Origin: Acutalibacteraceae bacterium
GTDB taxonomy: Bacteria > Bacillota > Clostridia > Oscillospirales > Acutalibacteraceae
DNA: 64,000 bases
Assembly: GCA_045639905.1 (NCBI GenBank)
Contig: JAZUDZ010000040.1
Location: forward strand, 16,080-80,079
Direction of reading: 5' to 3'
How positions within the stretch are numbered: the first letter of the stretch is position 1; the number at the start of each line of letters is the position of its first letter. Positions 37,068-46,609 of this stretch are shown one piece after another. The notes beneath the pieces were generated by a model. The model saw nothing but the letters and a program-made list of their open reading frames with translations, was not told where the DNA came from and did not search any database. Made by a program: the position numbers and the translations under genes.

Positions 37068-38450
37068 ATGGCATTTGAAGGTCTTTCTGAAAAACTATCT
37101 GCAACATTTAAACGCCTTCGCGGACGTGGTCGCCTGAGTGAGGCTGACGTGAAAGAAGCCATGCGTGAAGTGCGCCTGGCACTCCTCGAAGCTGACGTTA
37201 ACTACAAAGTTGCAAAAGAATTCACTAACAACGTAACTGCCCGTGCGGTTGGATCAGACGTTATGGAAAGTCTGACTCCGGCACAGATGGTTATTAAAAT
37301 CGTAAACGAAGAACTGGTATCCCTGATGGGTGGGGAAGCCGAACGACTGGCTTATACCAACCATCCGCCTTGCATCATTATGATGTGCGGCTTGCAGGGC
37401 TCCGGTAAAACGACCCACACGGCCAAACTCGGCAAGATGTTAAAGAATCAGGGCCATCGACCGCTTTTGGTTGCCTGTGACGTGTATCGTCCGGCTGCCA
37501 TACAGCAATTGCAGGTCGTCGGCGAAGCGGTCGGCGTTCCGGTTTTTGAACGCGGAACGGCCAACCCGGTTGACATTGCCAAAGAAGCGGTGGAGCATGC
37601 AAGATTTCATGGCAACGATTATGTCATCTTGGATACCGCCGGTCGTTTGCACATTGACGAACAACTGATGCAGGAACTGCAGAACATTAAGTCTACAGTT
37701 GCTCCTCACGAGATTTTGCTCGTTGTGGACGCCATGACCGGTCAGGATGCCGTTAATGTTTCGAAATCGTTTGATGACACACTGGGAATTACCGGTGTGA
37801 TCCTTACAAAACTTGACGGTGACACCCGCGGCGGTGCGGCTTTATCCGTTCGCTCCGTGACGGGGAAACCCATTAAGTTTGCCGGTACCGGCGAAAAATT
37901 CGATGACCTCGAAGTGTTCCATCCGTCCCGTATGGCTTCCCGTATTTTGGGAATGGGCGACGTGATGACGCTTATCGAAAAAGCCGAACAGCAGGTCAGC
38001 GAAAAAGAAGCGGAAGAACTGGCAAAGAAAATTCAGCAGGATAAATTTGATATGGAAGATCTGCTTGCGCAGTTCCGTCAAATTCGATCCATGGGCAATC
38101 TGAAAGATATGCTCGCAATGGTTCCGGGTCTCGGAAAACAGATTAAGGACATGGATATTGATGACCGCCAGATTTTGCGCGTCGAATCCATTATCCTGTC
38201 CATGACCCCGGACGAGAGACATAAGCCGTCTATCATCAATCCGTCCCGCAAGCGCCGTATCGCCGCCGGATGCGGAATGAAGGTAGAAGACGTGAACCGG
38301 CTTCTCAAACAATATGAGCAAATGCAGGATATTATGAAAAGGCTCAAGAAACCGGGCAAAAAAGGCCGCAGAGGATTTATGCCGAATATGGGTGGCATGA
38401 ACTTCGGAGGCAAAAACCCTTTCGGAAATAACAATCCGTTCGGGATGTAA
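37068..38450 (+). CDS. ffh: Signal recognition particle protein Ffh
   Basis: N/G domain GLQGSGKTT, DTAGR and TKLDGD, followed by the Met-rich M domain. Confidence 0.95.
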   Translation: MAFEGLSEKLSATFKRLRGRGRLSEADVKEAMREVRLALLEADVNYKVAKEFTNNVTARAVGSDVMESLTPAQMVIKIVNEELVSLMGGEAERLAYTNHPPCIIMMCGLQGSGKTTHTAKLGKMLKNQGHRPLLVACDVYRPAAIQQLQVVGEAVGVPVFERGTANPVDIAKEAVEHARFHGNDYVILDTAGRLHIDEQLMQELQNIKSTVAPHEILLVVDAMTGQDAVNVSKSFDDTLGITGVILTKLDGDTRGGAALSVRSVTGKPIKFAGTGEKFDDLEVFHPSRMASRILGMGDVMTLIEKAEQQVSEKEAEELAKKIQQDKFDMEDLLAQFRQIRSMGNLKDMLAMVPGLGKQIKDMDIDDRQILRVESIILSMTPDERHKPSIINPSRKRRIAAGCGMKVEDVNRLLKQYEQMQDIMKRLKKPGKKGRRGFMPNMGGMNFGGKNPFGNNNPFGM

Positions 38451-38517
38451 CTTTTGTATTCAAACCTTATGGTTGAATAGATACCACATTACTAGAAAAA
38501 ACTGGAGGTAAAGAAAC

Positions 38518-38754
38518 ATGGTTAAGATCAGACTTCGTCGTATGGGCGCAAAAAAAGCTCCGTTCTATCGTATTGTTGTTGCTGATTCCCGCTATCCGCG
38601 TGACGGCCGCTTCATCGAAGAAATCGGTGTTTACAATCCGCTCGTGGACCCGGCCGAGATCCGTGTGGATGTCGAAAAGGCTCAGAAATGGATTGCTAAT
38701 GGTGCTCAGCCGACCGACACAGTGAAAGAGATCCTGAAGAAAGCTGGCATCTGA
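38518..38754 (+). CDS. rpsP: 30S ribosomal protein S16
   Basis: [25 protein letters not shown]. Confidence 0.95.
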   Translation: MVKIRLRRMGAKKAPFYRIVVADSRYPRDGRFIEEIGVYNPLVDPAEIRVDVEKAQKWIANGAQPTDTVKEILKKAGI

Positions 38755-38790
38755 TTATTAGCTCGACTTTGATGGAAAGGAGGAGAAATA

Positions 38791-39024
38791 ATGAAAGAGT
38801 TGCTGACGCTGGTCGCTCAAGGTTTAGTTGAGAATCCTTCTGCGGTCAACGTGGATGAAGACGAAATGGACAACGAGGGTGTTATCGTTTTTCATCTGCA
38901 TGTGGCAGAAGAAGACATGGGGCGAGTGATTGGTAAGCAAGGTCGTATCGCCAAGGCTATTCGAACTGTCATGCGCGCGGCCGCTGCCCGACAGGGTGTT
39001 AAAATCTCCGTCGAAATCGACTAA
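38791..39024 (+). CDS. khpA: KH-domain RNA-binding protein (YlqC/KhpA)
   Basis: 77 aa with the GRVIGKQGRIAKAIRTV GXXG KH motif, in the conserved position after rpsP. Confidence 0.85.
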   Translation: MKELLTLVAQGLVENPSAVNVDEDEMDNEGVIVFHLHVAEEDMGRVIGKQGRIAKAIRTVMRAAAARQGVKISVEID

Positions 39025-39032
39025 GCAATCTA

Positions 39033-39066
39033 AAAAGGGCTCGTGACAACACGAGCCCCTTTTTCG
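39033..39066 (+). terminator. Intrinsic terminator ending the ffh operon
   Basis: GGGCTCGTG-acaa-CACGAGCCC followed by CTTTTT. Confidence 0.7.
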
Positions 39067-39088
39067 TTGAACGAAAGGAAATACTACG

Positions 39089-39970
39089 ATGACCGGAATC
39101 ATTTTGTACAACGGATTTTGGAATGAAACAAAAATACCGGATCCGGCTTTACGGCTTCAGAAAGCTGCCGAAAGCCACGGATTGTTTTTAAAGCCGCGTC
39201 CCAACACGGCTTTTTCGGCGTATCTTGGTGACAGTGTGAGCGTTTCAGGGCTGGAGCCGGGACAGGTGGTATTATGCTGGGATAAGGATGTGCGTCTGAT
39301 TCGGGCAATGGAAGCCGCCGGCGCACATGTGTACAATTGTCCGGATGCAGTTGCCGTTTGCGACGATAAGGCCGCAACGCATCTGGCTTTATCCGGAAAA
39401 AACATTCCGATGCCGAAGACGATGGTGGCACCGATGACATATGTGGAATACGGGCAAGCCGGTAATCGGTTTTTGGAGGAAGCCGCGAAAGAAATCGGGT
39501 TTCCCCTGGTTTTTAAGGAATGTTTCGGTTCTCTTGGAGAACAGGTTTATTACATTGAAAATAAGGCAAAATTGGAAGAAAAGGCGAGTCAAATGAAACA
39601 TCGTCCCTTCCTTTTGCAGGAATATATTGCAGAGTCCGCCGGGCACGACAAACGTTTATATGTGGTAGGCGACCGGGTTGTGGCGGCTATGCGGAGAGAA
39701 TCCAAAACGGATTTTCGGGCCAATATCGGTTCCGGCGGAACCGGATATGCCTATACACCGACTGACGCGGAAACCGAGCTCGCCGTTCGCTGCTGCAGAA
39801 TTCTCGGATTGGATTTTGCGGGAGTGGACTTGCTGGATTCCAATCGCGGTACACTTGTATGTGAAGTAAACGCCAGCGCTCATATGGCGGAAATCACTCG
39901 CTGTACCGGTGTGGATGTGGCAGACGAAATTGTGAAGTATGTACTGAAACGGGAGGGAGTCTCATGCTGA
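39089..39970 (+). CDS. RimK/LysX-family ATP-grasp ligase
   Basis: 293 aa. CDDKAATHLAL, FPLVFKECFGSLGEQV, LLQEYI, FRANIGSGGTG and AGVDLL...VCEVNAS motifs are typical of RimK-type ATP-grasp. Confidence 0.75.
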   Translation: MTGIILYNGFWNETKIPDPALRLQKAAESHGLFLKPRPNTAFSAYLGDSVSVSGLEPGQVVLCWDKDVRLIRAMEAAGAHVYNCPDAVAVCDDKAATHLALSGKNIPMPKTMVAPMTYVEYGQAGNRFLEEAAKEIGFPLVFKECFGSLGEQVYYIENKAKLEEKASQMKHRPFLLQEYIAESAGHDKRLYVVGDRVVAAMRRESKTDFRANIGSGGTGYAYTPTDAETELAVRCCRILGLDFAGVDLLDSNRGTLVCEVNASAHMAEITRCTGVDVADEIVKYVLKREGVSC

Positions 39971-40569
39971 AAACAGAAGAAGGAAGACGGAAAATACTAC
40001 TGACCTGTTCGGTCATTTCCCTGGTCTTTTTTATGCTTTTTTATATTGTGGAGGTTTTAAACCCGATTGTATGGGGTGTCCTTCTTTGTATCGGCGGCCT
40101 TATGACGCTGTTTGTGTATAAACGGTGGAAGGTTTTCCGTTTGGAAGCCGTATTTCGCATCATCTGTGCAACCGTTTGTATGGTGGCACTAATCTGGGGA
40201 CTGTATGAAAGCTTTTTGGTCGGATTTGACGGGGCAAGCATTGCCAGTGCTTGGTCTACCATTACCGCTTTGGTTTTCGCCATTACCGTGTTCACCTTAC
40301 CGTCGGCGGCGCTTACGGTATATTTGAATCCCGAAGATCCGAAGGGGTATAAAAAGCTGTTTCGGGAAACCACCTTTTTGGGGATTGTCGGAATCTATCT
40401 GCACGGTGTGGAACCGTTTTGCTTTGATGTGGTCCTGCGTTTGACCAGTAATGCCAACATATGGATTCACGGTGCGGTTTGTATTCTTGCCGCCGCGTTT
40501 TCCGTCTTTATCGCCGTTCTTGGTTTTTTGATTTTGCTGGATGCACCGCAAAAAAAACAAGCAACCTAA
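39964..40569 (+). CDS. Hypothetical polytopic membrane protein (about 6 TM)
   Basis: GGGAGGGAG RBS and a 7-nt overlap with the ATP-grasp gene. Six hydrophobic helices, with no motif I recognise. Confidence 0.55.
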   Translation: MLKTEEGRRKILLTCSVISLVFFMLFYIVEVLNPIVWGVLLCIGGLMTLFVYKRWKVFRLEAVFRIICATVCMVALIWGLYESFLVGFDGASIASAWSTITALVFAITVFTLPSAALTVYLNPEDPKGYKKLFRETTFLGIVGIYLHGVEPFCFDVVLRLTSNANIWIHGAVCILAAAFSVFIAVLGFLILLDAPQKKQAT

Positions 40570-40581
40570 ATCGGCTGCTTG

Positions 40582-41268
40582 TCATTCTAAATCTTTTTCG
40601 GCGTTGTGCAGTAGGTTCATAAGGGATGTTGCAAACATGGGATATTCCTTTGCCAGCTCGTCCGGTACAATGTGCGGAAGAGCGGAAGGCTTAACCCCTT
40701 CTTTTGTGCCGACTGCGTGGCCGCCGGCCAACTGCGTGATTTCGGCATGCTGCATGGTCATCCGTCCGGTGATGGCGGCGCGATAACGGTAATCCGGAAT
40801 TTCAAACAACGCTTCCGGGTTTTTGGGATTCGCGACGTACAATTCACGGAACATTGCATAGACGGCCAGGGTTAAATATTCCGAAACTTCGGCTGTCAAA
40901 GCCTTATTATTGCACTTTTGAAGCATATCGTACAAAATATGAATGGAGTTAAACAAAAGCTTTTTGTTTAATGTAATGGTGACGCTGCCGCGAGAACGGG
41001 TGTCCGGTTTTTCCTCATCGCCGGAAGGAATATCCTCCGCATTGATGATGGCACCGGTCTTGTCGGCAGTACGGCCGAGTAAATAGTCACAGGATACATT
41101 ATAATAGTCAGCAACACGAACAACGAAGTCCAAACCGCCTTGACGGATTCCTTTTTCATAATGAGACAGCAAAGCCTGGGAAACACCCAAGTCGATGGCT
41201 GCCTGTTTTTGGCTCAGGCCTCTCTCTTTGCGGAGAAGAACCAGCATTCGGGAAAACGGTACCGCCAT
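40582..41268 (-). CDS. XRE-family transcriptional regulator with ~150-aa uncharacterised C-terminal domain
   Basis: N-terminal LRKERGLSQKQAAIDLGVSQALLSHYEKG HTH. AGGAGG RBS. Confidence 0.75.
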   Translation of the reverse strand: MAVPFSRMLVLLRKERGLSQKQAAIDLGVSQALLSHYEKGIRQGGLDFVVRVADYYNVSCDYLLGRTADKTGAIINAEDIPSGDEEKPDTRSRGSVTITLNKKLLFNSIHILYDMLQKCNNKALTAEVSEYLTLAVYAMFRELYVANPKNPEALFEIPDYRYRAAITGRMTMQHAEITQLAGGHAVGTKEGVKPSALPHIVPDELAKEYPMFATSLMNLLHNAEKDLE

Positions 41269-41386
41269 GAGTCGGACCTCCTTTCGTGAAAAATATACAA
41301 TCTGTTGAAATTTGGGGTGGGAATAGCATTATACTCTAAATGATTCTGATTTGTAAAGAGTTTATTTTTTGAAGCAGGTGAAAAAA

Positions 41387-42022
41387 GTGAAAACATATCG
41401 AATCTATTTGTTGCATCACGGAATGACGGAAGCCGGAGAAAAACATATGTATGTCGGAAAAACGGACTTGCCGCTTTCTCCCGATGGGTTTCATGATTTG
41501 GTCAATATGCAGCGGGTGTACACCTATCCGAATGCCCGCCGCTTTTATGCCGCACCGCATACCAGATGCCGTCAAACACTGGAAATGCTGTATCCGGGAT
41601 GTGACATTTCGGATGTTCCGGGTCTTGCCGAGTGTGATTTCGGAGAATGGGAAGGGAAAACCCTGGAGGAACTGAAATCGGATGAGACATTTCAAAACTG
41701 GATTTCCGGCAAACAGGGAGAGATCCCCGGAGGCGAAAGTGCTGCTGTTTTCCAGGCGCGCGTGATGCAGGCATTTGAAGAAACGGTAACGGATATTTTG
41801 AAAAGCGGAGAAACGGACACGGCGATTTGTGTTCCGGGCGGCGTGCTGATGCTGATTATGACGGTATACGGTCTTCCGAAACTGGAGATGAAGCAGTGGG
41901 TTTGCGGACCGGGAAACGGATTCTGCTTACGGGTTACTCCGGAAATATGGATGCGGGAGCCTGTGGCGGAAGCACTTTGTATGATTCCGTGGAAAAAAGA
42001 AGAAGAGACGGAAGATTCCTGA
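41387..42022 (+). CDS. Histidine-phosphatase-superfamily (PGM/CobC-like) protein with non-canonical active-site residues
   Basis: YLLHHGMTE where RHGET is expected, RCRQTLE, ECDFGEWEG, and CVPGGVLM where HGG is expected. GTG 41387 lies 5 nt after AGGTGA. Confidence 0.6.
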   Translation: MKTYRIYLLHHGMTEAGEKHMYVGKTDLPLSPDGFHDLVNMQRVYTYPNARRFYAAPHTRCRQTLEMLYPGCDISDVPGLAECDFGEWEGKTLEELKSDETFQNWISGKQGEIPGGESAAVFQARVMQAFEETVTDILKSGETDTAICVPGGVLMLIMTVYGLPKLEMKQWVCGPGNGFCLRVTPEIWMREPVAEALCMIPWKKEEETEDS

Positions 42023-42100
42023 CAATCTGTTGTTGATATTTGGTTTTTTTTGAATTATACTTCTTATATATTATATATTTACTAAAAGAGGGGTACCGTG

Positions 42101-43087
42101 ATGTCAATTCGCGTTGGAATTTATGGATACGGAAACCTGGGCCGCGGTGTGGAAAAAGCGATTCGACAAAATCCGGATATGGAGCTTGCCGCTGTTTTTA
42201 CCCGCCGGGATCCGAAAACGGTTTCCATTCAAACAGAAGGGGTTCCGGTTGTTCAGGCAACCGAAATGGCTTCTATGAAAGATGCTATCGATGTTATGAT
42301 TGTGTGCGGAGGCAGCTCTACGGACCTGCCCGTTCAAACGCCGGCGTGTGCCGCCCTGTTCAATGTGGTGGACAGTTTCGATACACATGCAAAAATTCCG
42401 GAGCATTTTGCCGCGGTGGATGCCGCCGCAAAGAAAGGACAGACGGTTGCCGCGATTTCCGTGGGCTGGGATCCGGGTCTGTTTTCACTGGCCCGTGTTT
42501 ACGGCTCCGCCATTTTGCCTGACGGCGCAGATTATACATTCTGGGGACGCGGTGTCAGCCAGGGCCATTCGGATGCGGTTCGCCGTATTGAAGGAGTTTT
42601 GGATGCCCGGCAGTATACCATACCGGTTCCGTCCTCTTTGGATGCGGTTCGGTCCGGTGAAACACCGGCATTGACGACCCGTCAAAAGCATACCCGTGAG
42701 TGCTTTGTCGTTGCTGCGGAGGGTGCGGATTTGCAGCGTATCGAAAATGAAATCAAAACGATGCCGCACTATTTTGACGAATATGATACAACCGTTCATT
42801 TTATCTCTGCCGAGGAAATGAAAAACAATCACAGCGGACTTCCTCACGGCGGCTCCGTTTTCCGTACGGGAAAAACCGGTGACGGCGGAGAACATACGGA
42901 AGTGATGGAGTTCCGTTTGAATTTGGATTCCAATCCGGAATTTACCTCTTCTGTTTTGGTGGCGACGGCCCGTGCCGTGGTTCGCTTAAATCGGGAAGGA
43001 AAAAACGGTTGTGTGACATTGCTTGACATTCCGGTCTCGTATCTGTCTTCTTTGACCGGCGAGGAACTGAGAAAGAATTTGCTGTGA
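42101..43087 (+). CDS. ddh: meso-Diaminopimelate D-dehydrogenase
   Basis: MSIRVGIYGYGNLGRGVEKAI N-terminus, WDPGLFS and GVSQGHSDA motifs, ~328 aa. Confidence 0.85.
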   Translation: MSIRVGIYGYGNLGRGVEKAIRQNPDMELAAVFTRRDPKTVSIQTEGVPVVQATEMASMKDAIDVMIVCGGSSTDLPVQTPACAALFNVVDSFDTHAKIPEHFAAVDAAAKKGQTVAAISVGWDPGLFSLARVYGSAILPDGADYTFWGRGVSQGHSDAVRRIEGVLDARQYTIPVPSSLDAVRSGETPALTTRQKHTRECFVVAAEGADLQRIENEIKTMPHYFDEYDTTVHFISAEEMKNNHSGLPHGGSVFRTGKTGDGGEHTEVMEFRLNLDSNPEFTSSVLVATARAVVRLNREGKNGCVTLLDIPVSYLSSLTGEELRKNLL

Positions 43088-43098
43088 GGAGAATGTAT

Positions 43099-44820
43099 AT
43101 GAGAAAGACATTATCGATTCTTTTTGTTTTGGTATTTGTTGTTACGTTATTTACAGCGGCGATGCCGTCCCTACTTTCTTTCCAAAAAGCAGCGGCTGCC
43201 ACAACGGTGGGTGACGCCAACTTTGACGATGCCATCGACATGAAGGATGTTTTGATTATTCGTAAATATCTGGCAGCTTTGGTCGAGGATTACAACATTG
43301 ATGTTTTGGCTGCCGATTGCAACCAGGATGCAAGCCTGGACATGAAGGACGTTTTAATGCTTCGGAAGTATCTGGCCCATATGGAAACGCTTCCGGAGGC
43401 AAAGGAAACCTCCTCTGTACCGACGACCACAACCGGTGAGACGCCGACCTCCAAGCCGACCGAATCTTCGCCGGCAACCAATCCCACAACGCCTACGCCG
43501 ACTACTGCAGGGAAAATGCCGGTCGACCTGACGATGGTCCCGGACCAGATTTTGCTTTCTTATTATGATGTCGATGCCACCGAAATGGGTGTGACCTGGC
43601 ACAACACGGTTAAGAGCAGCAAGCCGGTGGTTGAATATGTAAAAGTCAGCGGGTCGGAAACACCGGATTTCAGTCAAGCGGAAAAGGCTTCTGCCACCCG
43701 TGACAGTTACCAGACGCAAACCTGGCCCTTCTATCCGGACACCAACACCTTCTACTATGATTCCAAAGGCTTTACCACCATTACGGATTATGCCTATCAC
43801 GCAGTCATGGATAACCTTGACTTCGATAGCACATATGCTTACCGTGTCGGTGATGAAGAGGAAGGAAGCTGGAGCCGGACGGGAACCTTTAAAACGCGTA
43901 AAGAAACCGTGGATTCCTTCTCCTTTATCTACACCAGCGATACGCAGGTGTCGTCCATCGGTGACCAGAAGATGCATACCTATATGAAAAAAGGATTGGA
44001 TGCAGCGGTAAAAGACGATCCGAACCTGTCCTTCCTGATTCAAGGCGGTGACTTTGTTCAGAACTCCAATCGTATGTATCAGTGGCAAATGCATATTGAC
44101 GGCAACAGCGAGTTTTTGATGAAGTATCCGACCATGATGGTAACCGGCAACCACGAATCGACGCACGATACAGCCGGTCAGTATGAGATATTCAAACATA
44201 CAACCGTGGATTTGCCGAGTGTGGATATGGACAAAAAACTGGGCATCTACTATTCCTTCAACTACGGAAACGCTCACTTTGTGATTTTGAATACCGATGA
44301 AAAATCGGGAGATAAACTGAGCAGCACACAAGCGGCATGGCTTGAAAGCGATTTGAAGGCCAACACCCAAAAATGGACAATTGTTGCTATGCATCGTCCG
44401 ATTGTGGCTCTTCGCGAATCAACTGATCCGTCTGCTCTTCGCAGTCAGCTTGCCCCGCTCTTCGTCAAGTACGGTGTGGACTTTGTCATTCAGGCCCACG
44501 AACACGTGTTTACGCGCAGCTATGTACTGGACGAAAAAGGGCAGCCGATTAAAGATGCTGCCAAAGAAACCTCCAACGGGGTTGAGTATTACAAAGACCC
44601 GGCCGGATTCCTTGTCGCGACCTTCGCGGCAGGCGGCAGTTCGGACCGTTCTCCGTCAACCAAGGTCAATGAAAGCCTTTGTGAGGTGTACGGAGACGGA
44701 CAAGAGTCCTCTTTTGCAAACTTCACCATTACAGGGGACACATTAACAGTCAGAGCACTTTATGCCAGCAGTGGTTCCGCCAAAGCTTATGACGGCGGCC
44801 AGTGGGGCATCAAGAAATAA
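43099..44820 (+). CDS. Secreted purple-acid-phosphatase-like metallophosphoesterase with N-terminal dockerin
   Basis: Signal peptide, dockerin, Thr/Pro linker and PAP N-terminal beta domain (MGVTWHN...YAYRVGD). Metallophos motifs: SDTQ, GGDFVQN, GNHE, AMHRP and QAHEHVF. Confidence 0.75.
   Translation: MRKTLSILFVLVFVVTLFTAAMPSLLSFQKAAAATTVGDANFDDAIDMKDVLIIRKYLAALVEDYNIDVLAADCNQDASLDMKDVLMLRKYLAHMETLPEAKETSSVPTTTTGETPTSKPTESSPATNPTTPTPTTAGKMPVDLTMVPDQILLSYYDVDATEMGVTWHNTVKSSKPVVEYVKVSGSETPDFSQAEKASATRDSYQTQTWPFYPDTNTFYYDSKGFTTITDYAYHAVMDNLDFDSTYAYRVGDEEEGSWSRTGTFKTRKETVDSFSFIYTSDTQVSSIGDQKMHTYMKKGLDAAVKDDPNLSFLIQGGDFVQNSNRMYQWQMHIDGNSEFLMKYPTMMVTGNHESTHDTAGQYEIFKHTTVDLPSVDMDKKLGIYYSFNYGNAHFVILNTDEKSGDKLSSTQAAWLESDLKANTQKWTIVAMHRPIVALRESTDPSALRSQLAPLFVKYGVDFVIQAHEHVFTRSYVLDEKGQPIKDAAKETSNGVEYYKDPAGFLVATFAAGGSSDRSPSTKVNESLCEVYGDGQESSFANFTITGDTLTVRALYASSGSAKAYDGGQWGIKK
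43210..43380 (+). other. Dockerin module (two Ca-binding repeat segments) inside CDS 43099-44820
   Basis: GDANFDDAIDMKDVLIIRKYLA ... ADCNQDASLDMKDVLMLRKYLA. Confidence 0.8.
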
Positions 44821-44836
44821 GAGAGGAGAATAACGG

Positions 44837-46552
44837 ATGAAACACATGAAACTACTAGCGGTTGTTGCCGTGCTTGCAATGCTTCTTTCCATGACATTGC
44901 TGGCTCCGTGTCAAACTTCGGCGCAGACGATTCTCGGCGATGCAAATGGTGACGATACCATTGACATGAAGGATGTCCTGATTATCCGCAAGTATTTGGC
45001 GGGAATGGTGGAATCCTATAATCTGGATTTAATTGCTTCCGATTGCAATCAGGATAACAGTATTGATATGAAGGATGTCTTACTCCTTCGCAAATACCTG
45101 GCTCATATGGAGGACCTTCCGGAACTGGTAACGACCACCAAGGCTCCGACCACCACCACGCAGAGCACCCCGACAAGTGCTCCGACCAAGCCGATTAACG
45201 TGACATATCAGTACACGACTCTTGTCCCGGATCAGTTGGTTTTGAGCTATTACAACCAGGATTCTACGGATATGGCCATCACCTGGCACACCACAAAAGA
45301 AAGCAAAAAAGCGGTTGTGCAGTTTATGAAAGCCGATCCGACGGTTGTTGCTCCGGATTTCAGTCAGGCCACCACGGTGGATGCTTTGACCGAAGAGTTT
45401 GAAGAAAATTACTGCTTCCCGTATTTCCCGGAAACCAACAACTATACATGGGATGCCAAGGTGGGCTTTAAAACGGCCATTGCCTATGTCCATCGCGGCA
45501 TTATGACCAATTTGGAGCCGGGGACTAACTATGTTTATCGTGTCGGCGATGCCGATGAAAACGTATGGTCCGACGCGGCTGTCTTTACAACCCGCGAAGC
45601 GGATCCGAGTGATTTCTCCTTTGTGTATATCAGTGATACGCAGGCGGAACCGATTGAACAGGATTACGGTTACAAGTTTATGAAAAACACCTTAAAGTAT
45701 GCAGAAGAAGATGATCCGGATATGGACTTCATCCTCCACGGCGGTGACGTGGTACAGGGTACTCGTTATTATTTCCTGTGGGAAAGCATGCTGAACGGTT
45801 CCAAAGAATTTTTGACCAAGTATCCGATGATGCTGACGACCGGTAACCACGAGGGAACCCAGTCGACAGCCGGAAAGTTTGAAACCTATAAACATATGAC
45901 CTTTGACCTGCCGGATGTGGCGATGGACAAGGCTTTTGGTGTTTATTATTCCTTCAACTATGACAACACGCACTTTATCGTGCTGAATACCGATAGTTCT
46001 TCCACCACCAGCGGCTCTTTGGATCGTGACCAGATTCACTGGTTTAAGGATGATGTCAAATCCAAAACACAAAAATGGACGATTGTCTCCATTCACCAGA
46101 CCATGTTGTCTCTGAAGAAAACCAAGAATCCGGCCTTGCTTGACCTGATCATTGACGAGTGCAATGATTATGGCGTTGACCTGGTCATTCAGGCCCATGA
46201 GCACTGCTATATGCAGAGCTACCCGGTGGATACGAACAAGAATATTACGACCAAAACCGCAACGGAAATTGACGGTGTCAGCTATTATGAAAATCCGAAG
46301 GGTGTTTTGTTTGCTACTTTTGCAACTGCCGGCAGCAAACCGAACAACGTAACGGGTGCCGCGGCTGCCAGCTTCTGTAAGGCGTACTCCGGCGGTAAAC
46401 CGTCCTCTTGGGGTAACATTCATATCACGGACGACAAACTCACCATCAAAGCTTACTATGTTACTTACGGTAACGAAGAAGATCCGGATACGGATAACGG
46501 AAAAGCTTTGTGGAGTCAAGGTCAGTGGGGTATTATCAAAACCGACAACTAA
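44837..46552 (+). CDS. Secreted purple-acid-phosphatase-like metallophosphoesterase with N-terminal dockerin (tandem paralog)
   Basis: Same architecture as the upstream gene: MAITWHT...YVYRVGD, SDTQ, GGDVVQG, GNHE, SIHQT and QAHEHCY. Confidence 0.75.
   Translation: MKHMKLLAVVAVLAMLLSMTLLAPCQTSAQTILGDANGDDTIDMKDVLIIRKYLAGMVESYNLDLIASDCNQDNSIDMKDVLLLRKYLAHMEDLPELVTTTKAPTTTTQSTPTSAPTKPINVTYQYTTLVPDQLVLSYYNQDSTDMAITWHTTKESKKAVVQFMKADPTVVAPDFSQATTVDALTEEFEENYCFPYFPETNNYTWDAKVGFKTAIAYVHRGIMTNLEPGTNYVYRVGDADENVWSDAAVFTTREADPSDFSFVYISDTQAEPIEQDYGYKFMKNTLKYAEEDDPDMDFILHGGDVVQGTRYYFLWESMLNGSKEFLTKYPMMLTTGNHEGTQSTAGKFETYKHMTFDLPDVAMDKAFGVYYSFNYDNTHFIVLNTDSSSTTSGSLDRDQIHWFKDDVKSKTQKWTIVSIHQTMLSLKKTKNPALLDLIIDECNDYGVDLVIQAHEHCYMQSYPVDTNKNITTKTATEIDGVSYYENPKGVLFATFATAGSKPNNVTGAAAASFCKAYSGGKPSSWGNIHITDDKLTIKAYYVTYGNEEDPDTDNGKALWSQGQWGIIKTDN
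44936..45106 (+). other. Dockerin module inside CDS 44837-46552
   Basis: GDANGDDTIDMKDVLIIRKYLA ... SDCNQDNSIDMKDVLLLRKYLA. Confidence 0.8.
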
Positions 46553-46560
46553 GATTTCGG

Positions 46561-46596
46561 AAAAGGAGGGCAGTCTATGGCTTGCCCTCCTTTTTT
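46561..46596 (+). terminator. Intrinsic terminator
   Basis: AAAAGGAGGGCA-loop-TGCCCTCCTTTTTT. Confidence 0.7.
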
Positions 46597-46609
46597 CAGG
46601 GGTAAATGT

